From an uncultured Gemmatimonadota bacterium (GTDB taxonomy: Bacteria; Gemmatimonadota; Gemmatimonadetes; Palauibacterales; Palauibacteraceae): a stretch of 64,000 nt of DNA. Below, one piece after another: positions 1 through 9,889 of the stretch (positions are counted from its first letter, which is position 1; every line of letters starts with the position of its first letter). The stretch spans positions 8,424-72,423 of the forward strand of contig CAYXHP010000150.1 of NCBI GenBank assembly GCA_964465015.1, read 5' to 3'. The notes under the pieces were generated by a model that had not been told where the DNA came from, ran no database searches, and saw only the letters and a list, made by a program, of their open reading frames with translations. Both the position numbers and the translations under genes were made by a program.

Positions 1-102
1 AGATGTACCGGGCGGAGGGATGGGGCGGCGCCGCCACCACGGTGGGCCAGGTCGCACTCCCGGCCCCCAGGGACCGGGCGCCCTGGCAGGAGGCTCCGCG
101 CA

Positions 103-783
103 ATGCACGATCCGATCGAACTCGCCGTCCTGGACATGGCGGGCACGACGCTGGACGTCGCCGATGCCGTTCCCGGGGCCATGCGCCGGGCGCTGGGCGA
201 AGTCGGCGTCGACGTGTCCGATGCGTGGATCCGGGACATTCGGGGCCGTTCGAAGCTCGAGGCCCTGCGAAGCCTCCTCGAGGCCGGCCACGCTTCCCCC
301 GGCCTCGCCGAGCGGGTCCACACCCGGTTCCACGAGGAGCTCGTTCTCCTGGCCGCCGAGGGCGTCGCGCCGATCGATGGCGCTCGCGGGGCGATCGCGT
401 GGCTCCGCGGGCGCGGCATCCCGGTGTGGCTCACGACGGGCTTCGATCGCGGGCTCGCGACGGAGCTCTTGAGCCGACTGGGCTCGTGGCCGGGGCTCGT
501 GAGTGGCGTGGTGACGGCCGATGACGTCGAGCGTGGGCGGCCCGATCCGGCCATGATCCGCCGGGCCATGGCCGGCGCCGGCGTGGTGGATCCGGGTCTC
601 GTGGTGGTGGCCGGAGACACGCGCGCCGACCTCGAGGCCGCCCGGGCCGCCGGAGCGGGCTACGCGATCGGCGTCCTCACCGGCGCCCACGACCGCGAGC
701 GGCTGGAGGGCGTGGCGCACTCCGCCATCCTGGAGACCCTGGCGGACCTCCCGGACTGGCTCGTCGGGCAAGGAGCCATCTGA
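103..783 (+). CDS. HAD-superfamily hydrolase (phosphonatase / phosphoglycolate-phosphatase-like)
   Basis: 226-aa ORF. HAD motif I variant LDMAGTT lies near the N-terminus and GDTRADLEAA near the C-terminus. Length is typical of small HAD hydrolases. Confidence 0.8.
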   Translation: MHDPIELAVLDMAGTTLDVADAVPGAMRRALGEVGVDVSDAWIRDIRGRSKLEALRSLLEAGHASPGLAERVHTRFHEELVLLAAEGVAPIDGARGAIAWLRGRGIPVWLTTGFDRGLATELLSRLGSWPGLVSGVVTADDVERGRPDPAMIRRAMAGAGVVDPGLVVVAGDTRADLEAARAAGAGYAIGVLTGAHDRERLEGVAHSAILETLADLPDWLVGQGAI

Positions 784-902
784 AGGGGGGGTCCTCCCCC
801 CCTTCTTGCTCTCCCTCCAGCCCGCCGGTAGACTCCGGCGTTTCGTTGACGACAGATGTAGACGACAGCCGGACGGACGATGGTCGTGCGGAAGGGACAG
901 GA

Positions 903-2003
903 ATGATGGGTGGCGCGCGGGGCTTCACGCGCTCGGCCGATCCCCAGCCGCACGGTGCGCGCACCCGGGCGATCCTGGTCGCGCACCCCGAGGTCCGGGA
1001 GGAGATCTCCAAGAACCCCTGGTCCTTCGCGTTCATCATCCTCCTGGTGGCGCTCCAGTTCACCCTGGCTTTCAGCCTGCGGGCGGCACCGTGGTGGGCC
1101 CTCCTGGCGGTGGCCTACACGGTCGGCGCGGTCGCCGACCACGCGCTCTTCGTCCTCGTCCACGAGTGTGCGCACCACCTGATCTTCCGGAAGCGCGCGG
1201 CGAACACGTGGGCCGGGATCGTCGCCAACCTCCCGAGCGTCCTTCCCACCTCGGTCTCTTTCGCCCGCTACCACCTCAAGCACCACTCCTACCAGGGCGT
1301 CTACGAGCTGGATGCCGATCTCCCCAGCGAGTGGGAGGCGCGCCTGGTGGGTTGCTCGCCCCGGCGCAAGGCGGCCTGGTTGCTGCTCTACCCGATCTTC
1401 CAGATGCTCCGAGCGTTTCGGATCCGGGAAGTGAGCCTGTTCGACCGCTGGCAGCTGGTGAACATGGCGGTCGTGTTCGCGGTCGACGCCGGGGTGATCG
1501 TCCTCCTCGGCCCGAGGGCCTTCCTGTACCTCCTCGCGGCCGTCTTCTTCTCGGTGGGGCTGCACCCGGTGGGAGCGCGGTGGATCCAGCGGCACTGGCT
1601 GGTGGAGGACGACGGGCAGGAGACCTACAGCTACTACGGGCGCATGAACGCGCTGGCGTTCAACGTGGGCTACCACAACGAGCACCACGACTTCCCGTCG
1701 ATCCCCTGGAACCGTCTGCCCGCGGTCCGGGAGACGGCGCCCGAGTACTACCGGGACCTCGCCTCGCACATCTCCTGGTCTCGGCTCCTCGTGCGGTTTC
1801 TGCTCGACCCGGAGCTGACGCTCTTCTCGCGTATGGTCCGGGACCGGGACACGCTGAGGCGGAGGAAGGGCCCGGCGAGCGCTCCGGCGGACGCCGCCGG
1901 CCCGGATGCCCCGCTCGCCCCGGACACCGGGGTCGCCCCGGAGCCCGCCGTCGGCCCGGACGCCCCGGGTGCCCGACGGGACCACCCCGCCCCCTCCCGG
2001 TAG
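903..2003 (+). CDS. Membrane fatty-acid desaturase of the sphingolipid delta4-desaturase (DEGS/Des1) type
   Basis: Three His boxes (HECAHH, HLKHH, HNEHHDFPSIPW). An N-terminal PQPHGARTRAILVAHPEV segment resembles the Lipid_DES domain. The ORF opens at TTG 846, but ATG 903 gives an N-terminus of DEGS-like length. Pro/Ala-rich C-terminal tail. Start is uncertain. Confidence 0.75.
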   Translation: MMGGARGFTRSADPQPHGARTRAILVAHPEVREEISKNPWSFAFIILLVALQFTLAFSLRAAPWWALLAVAYTVGAVADHALFVLVHECAHHLIFRKRAANTWAGIVANLPSVLPTSVSFARYHLKHHSYQGVYELDADLPSEWEARLVGCSPRRKAAWLLLYPIFQMLRAFRIREVSLFDRWQLVNMAVVFAVDAGVIVLLGPRAFLYLLAAVFFSVGLHPVGARWIQRHWLVEDDGQETYSYYGRMNALAFNVGYHNEHHDFPSIPWNRLPAVRETAPEYYRDLASHISWSRLLVRFLLDPELTLFSRMVRDRDTLRRRKGPASAPADAAGPDAPLAPDTGVAPEPAVGPDAPGARRDHPAPSR

Positions 2004-2119
2004 CGACGCGGACCCCGCCCGGTCGACCACCGACGCGTTGACGGTCGGCCATGCTTGGCGTACGGTATGCCATTCCGCCGACACCCCGGATCACGTACCG
2101 GTCACGCACGGGAGCCACC

Positions 2120-5100
2120 ATGCGCTCACGCAACCTCGCCGCACTCGCCTCGATCGCCGCCGGAGCCGCCCTCGTACTCCAACCGCCCGCCGCCCGAGCC
2201 CAGCAGTCCGCGGCCACCGGGACGCGCGTGGATTACGCGGGCCTCGACGCCCCCACCTCGTTCGACGCGACCTTCCTGGCGGGTCTCCGCTGGCGGGAGG
2301 TGGGCCCGGACCGTGGCGGGCGCTCGCTGGCCGTGGCCGGCAGCGCCAAGCGGCCCGACGAGTACTGGTTCGGCGCCACGGGTGGCGGGGCGTGGAAGAG
2401 CACCGACGGTGGCGGCACCTGGAAGCCGATGACGGACGGGCAGATCACCAGCTCCTCGGTGGGCGCGGTGGCGGTGGCGCCCTCCAACCCCGACGTCGTG
2501 TACATCGGCATGGGCGAGGCCTCGCTCCGGGGCAGCATCACGCAGGGGGACGGGGTCTACCGAACCACCGACGGCGGAAAGACCTGGACGCACCTCGGCC
2601 TCCAGAACACGCAGACGATCGCCCGCATCCGCGTCTCGCCCACCGACCCCGACCTCGTCTACGTGGCCGCCCTCGGACACCCGTACGGGCCCAACCCGGA
2701 GCGCGGCGTGTTCCGGTCGCGGGACGGCGGGAAGACGTGGGACAAGGTCCTGTTCGTCTCCGACAGCGCCGGGGCGGTGGACCTGTCCATGGACCCGAAG
2801 GACCCCGCCACCCTGTACGCGTCGACGTGGCAGGTCTACCGCACGCCGTGGAAGATGTGGGACGGCGGCCCGCACTCCGGCCTGTGGAAGACCACCGACG
2901 GCGGCGACCACTGGACCGAGCTCACGAAGAAGCCCGGCATGCCGGACGGTCCGATCGGCCGCATCGGCGTCACGGTCTCGGGCGCCGACCCGAATCGCGT
3001 GTGGGCCATCGTCGAGGCGCCCGAGGGCGGGCTGTTCCGCTCCGATGACGCGGGCCAGACGTGGAAGAAGGTGAACGTCGAGCGGAAGATCCGGCAGCGG
3101 GCGTTCTACTTCAGCGACATCTTCGCCGACCCCAACGACCGCAACACGGTGTACGCGGGGAACGTGAGCTTCTTCCGGAGCCGGGACGGCGGCGTCACCT
3201 TCAAGCGCGTCGACACACCGCACGGGGACTACCACGACCTGTGGATCGCCCCCGGCGACCCCGACCGCATGATCAACGGGAGCGACGGCGGGGGCGCGGT
3301 GACGGTGAACGGCGGGAAGACGTGGACGGAGCTCGACTTCCCCACCGCGCAGTTCTATCACGTCTCCACGACCGGGGACTACCCGTACCACATCTGCGGC
3401 TCGCAGCAGGACAACTCCACCGCCTGCGTGGCCAGCGACGACTGGGGCAACATGCACGCGCCGGACGAGGACCTGGGCCAGTGGATGTACGCGGTGGCCG
3501 GCGGCGAGAGCGGCTACGTGACCCCGAGCCTGAAGCACCGGGGCGTGTTCTATGCCGGGACGCAGGGCGCGATCTTCACCCGCTACGACCGCTCGAACGG
3601 CCAGGTCCGCGACATCCAGCCCGACCCGCGATTCTTCTCGGGCGAGCCCGCCGACGCCCTCCGCGAGCGCTGGCAGTGGACGTTCCCGATCGTCATCGAC
3701 CCGATCGACTCCACCTCGCTCTACATCGCCTCCCAGCACATCTGGAGGACTCGCGACGAGGGGCAGAGCTGGACCAAGGTGAGCCCGGACCTCACCTACG
3801 CCGACCCGAAGACGCTCGGGAAGACGGGTGGACCGATCACCATGGACATGAACGGTCCCGAGATCTACGCCACCGTGTTCGCCGTCGCGCCCTCGTACCT
3901 GGAGGAGGGGACGATCTGGGCCGGGTCGGACGACGGGAAGGTGAGCCTCACGCGCGACGGCGGCGCGCACTGGACCGACATCACCCCGCCGGACCTGCCG
4001 AAGTTCACCCGCGTCAGCATCATCGACGCCTCCCGGCACGACCCGGGAACCGCGTACATGGCCGCCAACCGCTACCAGATGGACGACCGCGGCTCCTACC
4101 TGTGGAAGACGCACGACTACGGGAAGACGTGGACACGGATCGGCAAGGAGCTGCGCGGGCCCACGCGGGTGATCCGCGAGGACCCGGAGCGCGCGGGACT
4201 CCTGTACGTCGGCACCGAGCACGGCGTGTTCATCTCCCCGGACGACGGGGCCGACTGGCAGCCGCTCCGCCCGGCCGGGGCCGCGGGCGACAGCGCGGGC
4301 GGGCTCCCCGACACGCCGGTCCGGGACCTCGTGCTGAAGGGGAACGACCTCGTGCTCGGGACGCACGGCCGCGGCTTCTGGGTCATGGACGACATCGGCC
4401 CGCTGCGACAGGCGACGCGCGAGACCTCCGGCGAGGCGATGCACCTGTTCCAGCCTGCCGACGCGGTCCGCCGCACCCTCGGGGCGTCCTACGGCGCGGG
4501 CGGCGCCACCATCCAGTACGCGCTCGCCTCGGCGGCCGACTCGGTGACCCTCCAGGTCCTGGACGCGCAGGGGCAGGTGGTGCGGACCTTCACGGGCCCA
4601 CCGAAGAAGAAGGCGGCGCCCGACTCGACCGCCGAGAGCGCGTACGGCTCGCGCGAGCCGGAGGCGCCCACGGCCAAGGCGGGGCTCAATCGCTTCACCT
4701 GGGATCTCCGGTACCCGGGCGCCACGAAGTTCGACGGCATGGTGATCTGGAGCGGGAACCCGACGCGCGGGCCGCTGGCGCCTCCGGGCCGCTACCAGGT
4801 GCGCCTCACGGTGGGAGGCCACACGCAGACGCGGGACCTGGCGCTGGAGATGGACCCGCGCCTCAAGGGAGTGACGGCCGCCGATCTGCAGGCCGAGTTC
4901 GACCTCGCCTCGAAGATCCGCGACGCCACCGACCTGGCCAACCGGGCCGTCATCCAGGTGCGATCCCTGCGCCGTCAGCTCGTGGAGCGCCTGGCGAAGG
5001 TGACGGGGAGTGACTCGCTCCTCGCCGCTGACACCACCGCCGGCGCCGGCGGCAAGGGCGAGTCGTGGGTGACGCGTCAGGAGGCGGAGGGGGCCGTGCA

Positions 5101-5440
5101 GGCGGCGAGCGGCAAGGCGCCCAAGCTGGCCGACGCCGCGAAGGCGCTCGTCCAGAGCCAGGCCGACGTGGAGGAGGCGCTCTACCAGGTCCAGAACCGG
5201 GCGGTCGAGGACCCGCTCAACTTCCCCATCAAGCTCAACAACCGGCTGGCGGCGCTGCGGCGCAGCCTCGAGACGGGCAACGCCCGGCCCACGGACGCGC
5301 AGGAGCGCGTCTACCGCGAGCTGAAGCAGGAGCTGGATACGCAGATCTCGCGGCTGGACGGGACGATGTCGAAGGAGCTCGCGGCCGTGAACGCGGAGCT
5401 GAAGAACCGCGGCCTGGAGGCGCTGTCGGCGGAGCGCTGA
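2120..5440 (+). CDS. Secreted BNR/Asp-box repeat protein (sortilin/VPS10-like glycosyl-hydrolase-like beta-propeller) with coiled-coil C-terminus
   Basis: Signal peptide MRSRNLAALASIAAGAALVLQPPAARAQ from ATG 2120. At least 11 Asp-box motifs (STDGGGTW, TTDGGKTW, SRDGGKTW, TTDGGDHW, SDDAGQTW, TRDEGQSW, TRDGGAHW, THDYGKTW and others). Confidence 0.85.
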   Translation: MRSRNLAALASIAAGAALVLQPPAARAQQSAATGTRVDYAGLDAPTSFDATFLAGLRWREVGPDRGGRSLAVAGSAKRPDEYWFGATGGGAWKSTDGGGTWKPMTDGQITSSSVGAVAVAPSNPDVVYIGMGEASLRGSITQGDGVYRTTDGGKTWTHLGLQNTQTIARIRVSPTDPDLVYVAALGHPYGPNPERGVFRSRDGGKTWDKVLFVSDSAGAVDLSMDPKDPATLYASTWQVYRTPWKMWDGGPHSGLWKTTDGGDHWTELTKKPGMPDGPIGRIGVTVSGADPNRVWAIVEAPEGGLFRSDDAGQTWKKVNVERKIRQRAFYFSDIFADPNDRNTVYAGNVSFFRSRDGGVTFKRVDTPHGDYHDLWIAPGDPDRMINGSDGGGAVTVNGGKTWTELDFPTAQFYHVSTTGDYPYHICGSQQDNSTACVASDDWGNMHAPDEDLGQWMYAVAGGESGYVTPSLKHRGVFYAGTQGAIFTRYDRSNGQVRDIQPDPRFFSGEPADALRERWQWTFPIVIDPIDSTSLYIASQHIWRTRDEGQSWTKVSPDLTYADPKTLGKTGGPITMDMNGPEIYATVFAVAPSYLEEGTIWAGSDDGKVSLTRDGGAHWTDITPPDLPKFTRVSIIDASRHDPGTAYMAANRYQMDDRGSYLWKTHDYGKTWTRIGKELRGPTRVIREDPERAGLLYVGTEHGVFISPDDGADWQPLRPAGAAGDSAGGLPDTPVRDLVLKGNDLVLGTHGRGFWVMDDIGPLRQATRETSGEAMHLFQPADAVRRTLGASYGAGGATIQYALASAADSVTLQVLDAQGQVVRTFTGPPKKKAAPDSTAESAYGSREPEAPTAKAGLNRFTWDLRYPGATKFDGMVIWSGNPTRGPLAPPGRYQVRLTVGGHTQTRDLALEMDPRLKGVTAADLQAEFDLASKIRDATDLANRAVIQVRSLRRQLVERLAKVTGSDSLLAADTTAGAGGKGESWVTRQEAEGAVQAASGKAPKLADAAKALVQSQADVEEALYQVQNRAVEDPLNFPIKLNNRLAALRRSLETGNARPTDAQERVYRELKQELDTQISRLDGTMSKELAAVNAELKNRGLEALSAER

Positions 5441-5498
5441 TCGATCGCCGCCTCAGGCGAAGGGTCCGACCGGGCGTGACGCTCGGCTGAAGGCTGCT

Positions 5499-5520
5499 GC
5501 CGCCGGAGGTGGCCGGCGGC
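5499..5520 (+). terminator. Possible stem-loop terminator downstream of the BNR gene
   Basis: GCCGCCGG-aggtgg-CCGGCGGC, an 8-bp perfect stem about 56 nt after the stop at 5440. No U-tract. Confidence 0.3.
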
Positions 5521-5653
5521 GGGCAAGCCTGCGCGCTCTCGACGGCGACTCCGCGCAGGCCGCGCCTTGTCCGGCCTGGACGAGTCGCTCAAGTTGAGCG
5601 TGGATGATGGGGCTTCGGGGCACCGCTCCTCCAGCCTGAGGCGCTCCATCGAC

Positions 5654-7600
5654 ATGCCGAATTCCCCGTCCTTCTTCCGCCGGCTGATTTCGGAGCTCGG
5701 GCGCCGACACGTTCTCCGCGTGGCGGCCGTGTACCTGGTCGTGGCCTGGATCGTGATCCAGGTCGCGGCCATCACCTTCCCATCCCTCCTGCTCCCCGCC
5801 TGGGCCCTGAGGCTGGTGATCGTACTGGCCATCCTCGCGCTGCCGGTCGTGCTGGTGATCGGATGGGCCTTCGAGCTCACGCCGGACGGGATCCGGAGGA
5901 CGCCGACCGATGCGGGTTCGGGAGGCGGACTCGGTCGGGGATCCAGGGTCGTTCTGGGAGCCGCCGTGCTCGCGCTCGTCGGCGTGCTGGCACTGGGGGC
6001 GCGCGAAATGTGGCTCCGACCCTCGCGAGCAGCGGCAGCCGATACGACGGCAGCTCGATCGATGACGACGGGGGGACGGACGTCTGGCGCCGCCCGCCTC
6101 GACCCAACGCGCGTGGCGGTCCTCTACCTGGACGACAACAGCGAGTCGCACGACCTCGGATACCTGGCCGACGGCCTCACGGAGAGCCTGATCCACGAAC
6201 TCAGCCACGTGCAGGGTCTCTCGGTGGTCTCGCTCAACGGCGTCAAGCCGTTCCGCAGCCATCCGGCCTCGATCGACAGCATCGGCCGAGCCCTGGGCGC
6301 AGGCAGCGTCGTCGAGGGAAGCGTTCAGCGCTCCGGCGACCAGGTGCGGGTGATCGTGCAGCTCGTCGACGTGGCTTCGGGCTCCACTCTGCCCAGCCTC
6401 CAGGTCCAGCGGCCGGCCGAGGACCTGTTCGCCCTGCTCGACGACGTCACTGCCGACGTGGCGAGCTCCCTACGACGCCAGCTCGGCCGGGAGGTGCGGC
6501 TCCAGGAGGCACACGAGGGCGCCCACGACCCCGAGGCCTGGAAGCTCTACCAGATCGCCATGCGAGTGAAGGAAGGCGGGGACTCGCTGCGCCTCACGGA
6601 CGACACCGCGGCTGCACGCAGGGCCTACCGGACGACGGACTCGCTCCTGGCCGTCGCGGAGCACCTCGATCCGGAGTGGAGCGTTCCCACCATCCAGCGC
6701 GGTTGGACGGCCTTGCAGCAGGCTCGGTTGGCACCGGTGATCACGGATGTGGACACCAAGGAGCTGCGCCGGGGACTCGCGGATGCCGACCGGGTCCTGG
6801 CCACGCATTCAGACGAGCCACACGCTCTCACCCTGAAGGGCATCGTAGAGTACTTCCTGAGCAAGCCCAGGACCTTCTCGAGCGAGGAAACTCGGGCCTG
6901 GCGCGAGGCGGCCGAACGAGATCTCCGCGCGGCGACCCTCCAGGACACCCTGCGCGACCCGGCTATGGCGGCCGCCTGGGCCCGACTCGCCTACATGCTG
7001 GACGAGCAGGGCGAGTTCGACGAAGCCCGACTGGCGGCTCAGCGAGCTTTCGAGTCCGACGCGTTCCTGTCCAACGACCGCGACTACCTCTACATCACTG
7101 CGAGCCTGGCCCTCGAGCTGAAGCGTCTGGACCAGGCGGACCGGCTCCTCGAGAAGGGGCAGTCTCTTTTTCCGAGTGACCCGGCCTATCCGGGTCTCCG
7201 GCTCGTGGTGGTGGCCTCCCAGCCACCCGGCCCGGGGCGCGTTCAACTCGCTTGGTCGCTGCTCCATGGGCTTGAGGCCCGCACCGGGGGGAGCCACTAC
7301 CAGACGGGACGGTTCATGGTCGCAGCTACGCTCGCCCGGGCGGGGCTCCGGGACAGCGCCCGGGCTGTGCGGGACCGTGCGCGGGCGCTCGACCCCGACG
7401 CGCCCCAGGAACCCTACTACGAAGCCTACGTGGCGCTCCAGCTTGGGGACCGAGATCGGGCGCTCGCTCTCCTGAGGCGCTGCGTTGAGAACGGCTGGAA
7501 GGCACCCGGTTACATCGCCCACGACTGGTGGTGGACGCCGCTCCGAGACGACCGCCGATTCCAGACTCTCATCGGCACCGGCAAGCAGGCCTCGCGATAG
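5654..7600 (+). CDS. Membrane-anchored TPR-repeat protein with TolB-N-like periplasmic domain
   Basis: ATG 5654. N-terminal RRHVLRVAAVYLVVAWIVIQVAAITFP transmembrane motif. A RVAVLYLDD...GSVQRSGDQVRVIVQLVD module follows, then a long helical TPR-like C-terminus. Confidence 0.7.
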   Translation: MPNSPSFFRRLISELGRRHVLRVAAVYLVVAWIVIQVAAITFPSLLLPAWALRLVIVLAILALPVVLVIGWAFELTPDGIRRTPTDAGSGGGLGRGSRVVLGAAVLALVGVLALGAREMWLRPSRAAAADTTAARSMTTGGRTSGAARLDPTRVAVLYLDDNSESHDLGYLADGLTESLIHELSHVQGLSVVSLNGVKPFRSHPASIDSIGRALGAGSVVEGSVQRSGDQVRVIVQLVDVASGSTLPSLQVQRPAEDLFALLDDVTADVASSLRRQLGREVRLQEAHEGAHDPEAWKLYQIAMRVKEGGDSLRLTDDTAAARRAYRTTDSLLAVAEHLDPEWSVPTIQRGWTALQQARLAPVITDVDTKELRRGLADADRVLATHSDEPHALTLKGIVEYFLSKPRTFSSEETRAWREAAERDLRAATLQDTLRDPAMAAAWARLAYMLDEQGEFDEARLAAQRAFESDAFLSNDRDYLYITASLALELKRLDQADRLLEKGQSLFPSDPAYPGLRLVVVASQPPGPGRVQLAWSLLHGLEARTGGSHYQTGRFMVAATLARAGLRDSARAVRDRARALDPDAPQEPYYEAYVALQLGDRDRALALLRRCVENGWKAPGYIAHDWWWTPLRDDRRFQTLIGTGKQASR

Positions 7601-7624
7601 CGCGGCGACGACCTCGCTGATCCC

Positions 7625-8173
7625 CTACGTTCGCGGCTGAATGTCACCGCCGGGATCGGCCGTCAGCGCGTCGTCGTTTCCGTCACGCCAGACCTTGACG
7701 CTGTAGGGGTAGAATGCGCAGTCGGCTCCGGAGCGAACCACGCCCCCGACAAGGCCACCCGAATCGCCGAGGAAGGCGGTGTCGGCGAGGGGCGTGGAGT
7801 CCTTCTTGAAGCTGACCTCGAAGCTGTCGACCCCGGTCGTTCCTGGATCGAGCCCCCACAGGAGAGCACCGGAGCCCACAGGCTGGACGATGGTGTCTGG
7901 ATGGACCGAGACGGCTCCGGCCTGAACCGAGATCCATGCGATCGGGCCCGTCAACGCCTTCTTCTTCCAGGACTTGCACGTCGGGCTCTGGGGGCCGCCA
8001 GGCGGCAGCCGCCGGCCTCCGAGGACTCCCGCGGGACGGGGCTTCCTGACCTTGGCCGTCGAATCCGGCTGCATCCCCTCGTTTGCCCCACCCGTTTCGC
8101 CCGCCTCGCAGCCCGCCAGCACCAGGGTCAGGAGCCCCGCCACCGCGACGATCGCCGTCCGTGAACGCTTCAT
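7625..8173 (-). CDS. Hypothetical lipoprotein
   Basis: Signal peptide with lipobox MKRSRTAIVAVAGLLTLVLAGC. No recognisable domain. Confidence 0.65.
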   Translation of the reverse strand: MKRSRTAIVAVAGLLTLVLAGCEAGETGGANEGMQPDSTAKVRKPRPAGVLGGRRLPPGGPQSPTCKSWKKKALTGPIAWISVQAGAVSVHPDTIVQPVGSGALLWGLDPGTTGVDSFEVSFKKDSTPLADTAFLGDSGGLVGGVVRSGADCAFYPYSVKVWRDGNDDALTADPGGDIQPRT

Positions 8174-8388
8174 GGGGCCTCCCGGATGGCACGAGGTCCG
8201 GCGACGATAACGTCCGCGCGCGGTCCGCGCCGCCAGCCCACTCGTGCGTATTGGATTGAGTAATTTATGGTAATGACAGGGGGCAACGTTGTGAAGGCCA
8301 CGGCAATCTTCGCCTGTTGCCGGCCGCTCATTTGCGGCTTTACGTTGGCCGGCCCCGTGGTATGGACCCCGCGGCGCTTCCCCGGCGC

Positions 8389-9210
8389 ATGGAGGTGAAA
8401 CTGGCTGATCCCCGCCCGTTCGGCTTCGGCGAGCTCCTGGACGGCGCTTTCACGATCTACCGGCGCAACTTCGGAAACCTCTTCGTGGCGGCGCTCCTCC
8501 CGCAGCTTCCGGCCCTGCTCCTGTGGCTCGTCCTCCCCATGCTGGTCGGTAGCCTGGGGGGCGACCTGGCCGCTGGCGGTCTCGCCCTCCTCATGGTCCC
8601 CTACACGATCGTGGCGGGGGCCTTCATCTGGGGAGCGATCACCCGGGGGGCGATGGCGGGCTACGAGGGCTCGAGGCCCTCGACCGGCGAGATCTACCAC
8701 TCCGCCGTCGAGGATTTTCCGCGGGTCCTCGGCGCGGCCCTGATCGCGGGCGTGCTCATCGCGATCGGCAGCTTCCTGTTCCTCGTACCCGGCCTCATCC
8801 TGGCGACCATGTTCTTCGCCGTCGTCCCGGTGGCCGTCGTAGAGGGCCGCGGGGTCGGAGACTGCCTGAAGCGGTCGAGCGCCCTGTCGCGCGGCGGACG
8901 ATGGCGCATCCTGGGCGTCATCATCGTCACCATGATCATCACGTACCTGCCGATGATCGCGCTGACGATGGTGGCGGGAGCGGCGGCCGGCTTCGCTCTC
9001 CCCTCCACCGACCCGCAGGCCGCGCTTCAGTCGGGGATGTGGCTTCACGCGCTCGAGCAGGCCGCCCAGCTGGTGGCGGGCGCCCTGACCACGCCCTTCC
9101 TGGTGTCGACCATGGCGCTCCTATACCTGGACCGCCGCGCCCGCACCGAAGCCCCGGACCTGGAGGCGGCCGCGGCCGAACTCGGCACATCCGCTCTCCC
9201 CGACGTTTAG
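8389..9210 (+). CDS. Polytopic membrane protein (DUF975 / GP-PDE-membrane-domain-like), first gene of the MoxR cluster
   Basis: ATG 8389 (MEVKLADPRPFGFGELLDGAFTIYRRNFGNLF...). Several hydrophobic helices. Same strand as and closely followed by the DUF4129 gene. Confidence 0.6.
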   Translation: MEVKLADPRPFGFGELLDGAFTIYRRNFGNLFVAALLPQLPALLLWLVLPMLVGSLGGDLAAGGLALLMVPYTIVAGAFIWGAITRGAMAGYEGSRPSTGEIYHSAVEDFPRVLGAALIAGVLIAIGSFLFLVPGLILATMFFAVVPVAVVEGRGVGDCLKRSSALSRGGRWRILGVIIVTMIITYLPMIALTMVAGAAAGFALPSTDPQAALQSGMWLHALEQAAQLVAGALTTPFLVSTMALLYLDRRARTEAPDLEAAAAELGTSALPDV

Positions 9211-9262
9211 GGTTCGAGCCATCTTCATCGCGCCCCCCATCCAGGAGGTCGCGCGTTCGAGC

Positions 9263-9877
9263 GTGACGCGGGCCCTGGCCCGCATCTACGCGCGACCGGA
9301 ATTCCGGGAGCGCACCACGCCGCCCTCGCTCCGCTGGCTGTCGCACGTGCGCGATGTCGTCGCGGGGTGGGTGCAGTCGATCCTACTGCGAATCCTGGAA
9401 TCCGAGCACGCGCGGCCGTTCCTGTTCTGGTTCGTGGTGGCGTGGCTGGTGGTCGCCCTGGTCGTGGCCGTGGTGCACGTGAGCCGCGCCTTCCTCCTCC
9501 GCCTTCGGGGGAGGACGCGCTCTTCGGCCGGCCAGCCGGACCGGGCGCCCCCGGCCGGGCCGCGTGCCGAGGATCGCGGCCCCGAGGCCTGGGAGGCGGC
9601 GGCGGGCGAGGCGGCGGCGGCCGGCAGGCTCCGGGAAGCGGCGCTCGCTCTCTACCACGCCGTCCTGCTGCGGCTGGACCGGCGGGGGGCCGTGCGCTTC
9701 CAAGCCGCCAAGACGCCGGGAGACTATCGCCGCGAGGCCTCGCGGGACCCGGACCTGGGTGGACGTTTCGAGGCATTCCTCCGGGTCTTCCTCCCCATCG
9801 CCTTCGGAAGCGCCCCTCGGGCGGAGGGCTGGCGCTCGCTGCGTGCGGCGGCCGACCGGGTCCTGGAGCGCGCATGA
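9263..9877 (+). CDS. DUF4129 domain-containing membrane protein
   Basis: GTG start. One TM helix (FLFWFVVAWLVVALVVAVV). C-terminal AKTPGDYRREA...FLRVFLPIAFG is typical of DUF4129. Confidence 0.65.
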   Translation: MTRALARIYARPEFRERTTPPSLRWLSHVRDVVAGWVQSILLRILESEHARPFLFWFVVAWLVVALVVAVVHVSRAFLLRLRGRTRSSAGQPDRAPPAGPRAEDRGPEAWEAAAGEAAAAGRLREAALALYHAVLLRLDRRGAVRFQAAKTPGDYRREASRDPDLGGRFEAFLRVFLPIAFGSAPRAEGWRSLRAAADRVLERA

Positions 9878-9889
9878 GGAGCGGACGGG

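Noticed and set aside
2126-4822. 898-aa ORF antisense to the BNR-repeat gene. Similar long antisense ORFs include 28099-30180, 32486-34984, 56187-58277, 48327-51248 and 40372-41751.
   Set aside because: These are Arg/Pro/Gly/Ala-dominated low-complexity translations with no motifs. Each lies opposite a CDS with strong domain signatures. This is the expected artefact of stop-codon depletion in very GC-rich DNA.
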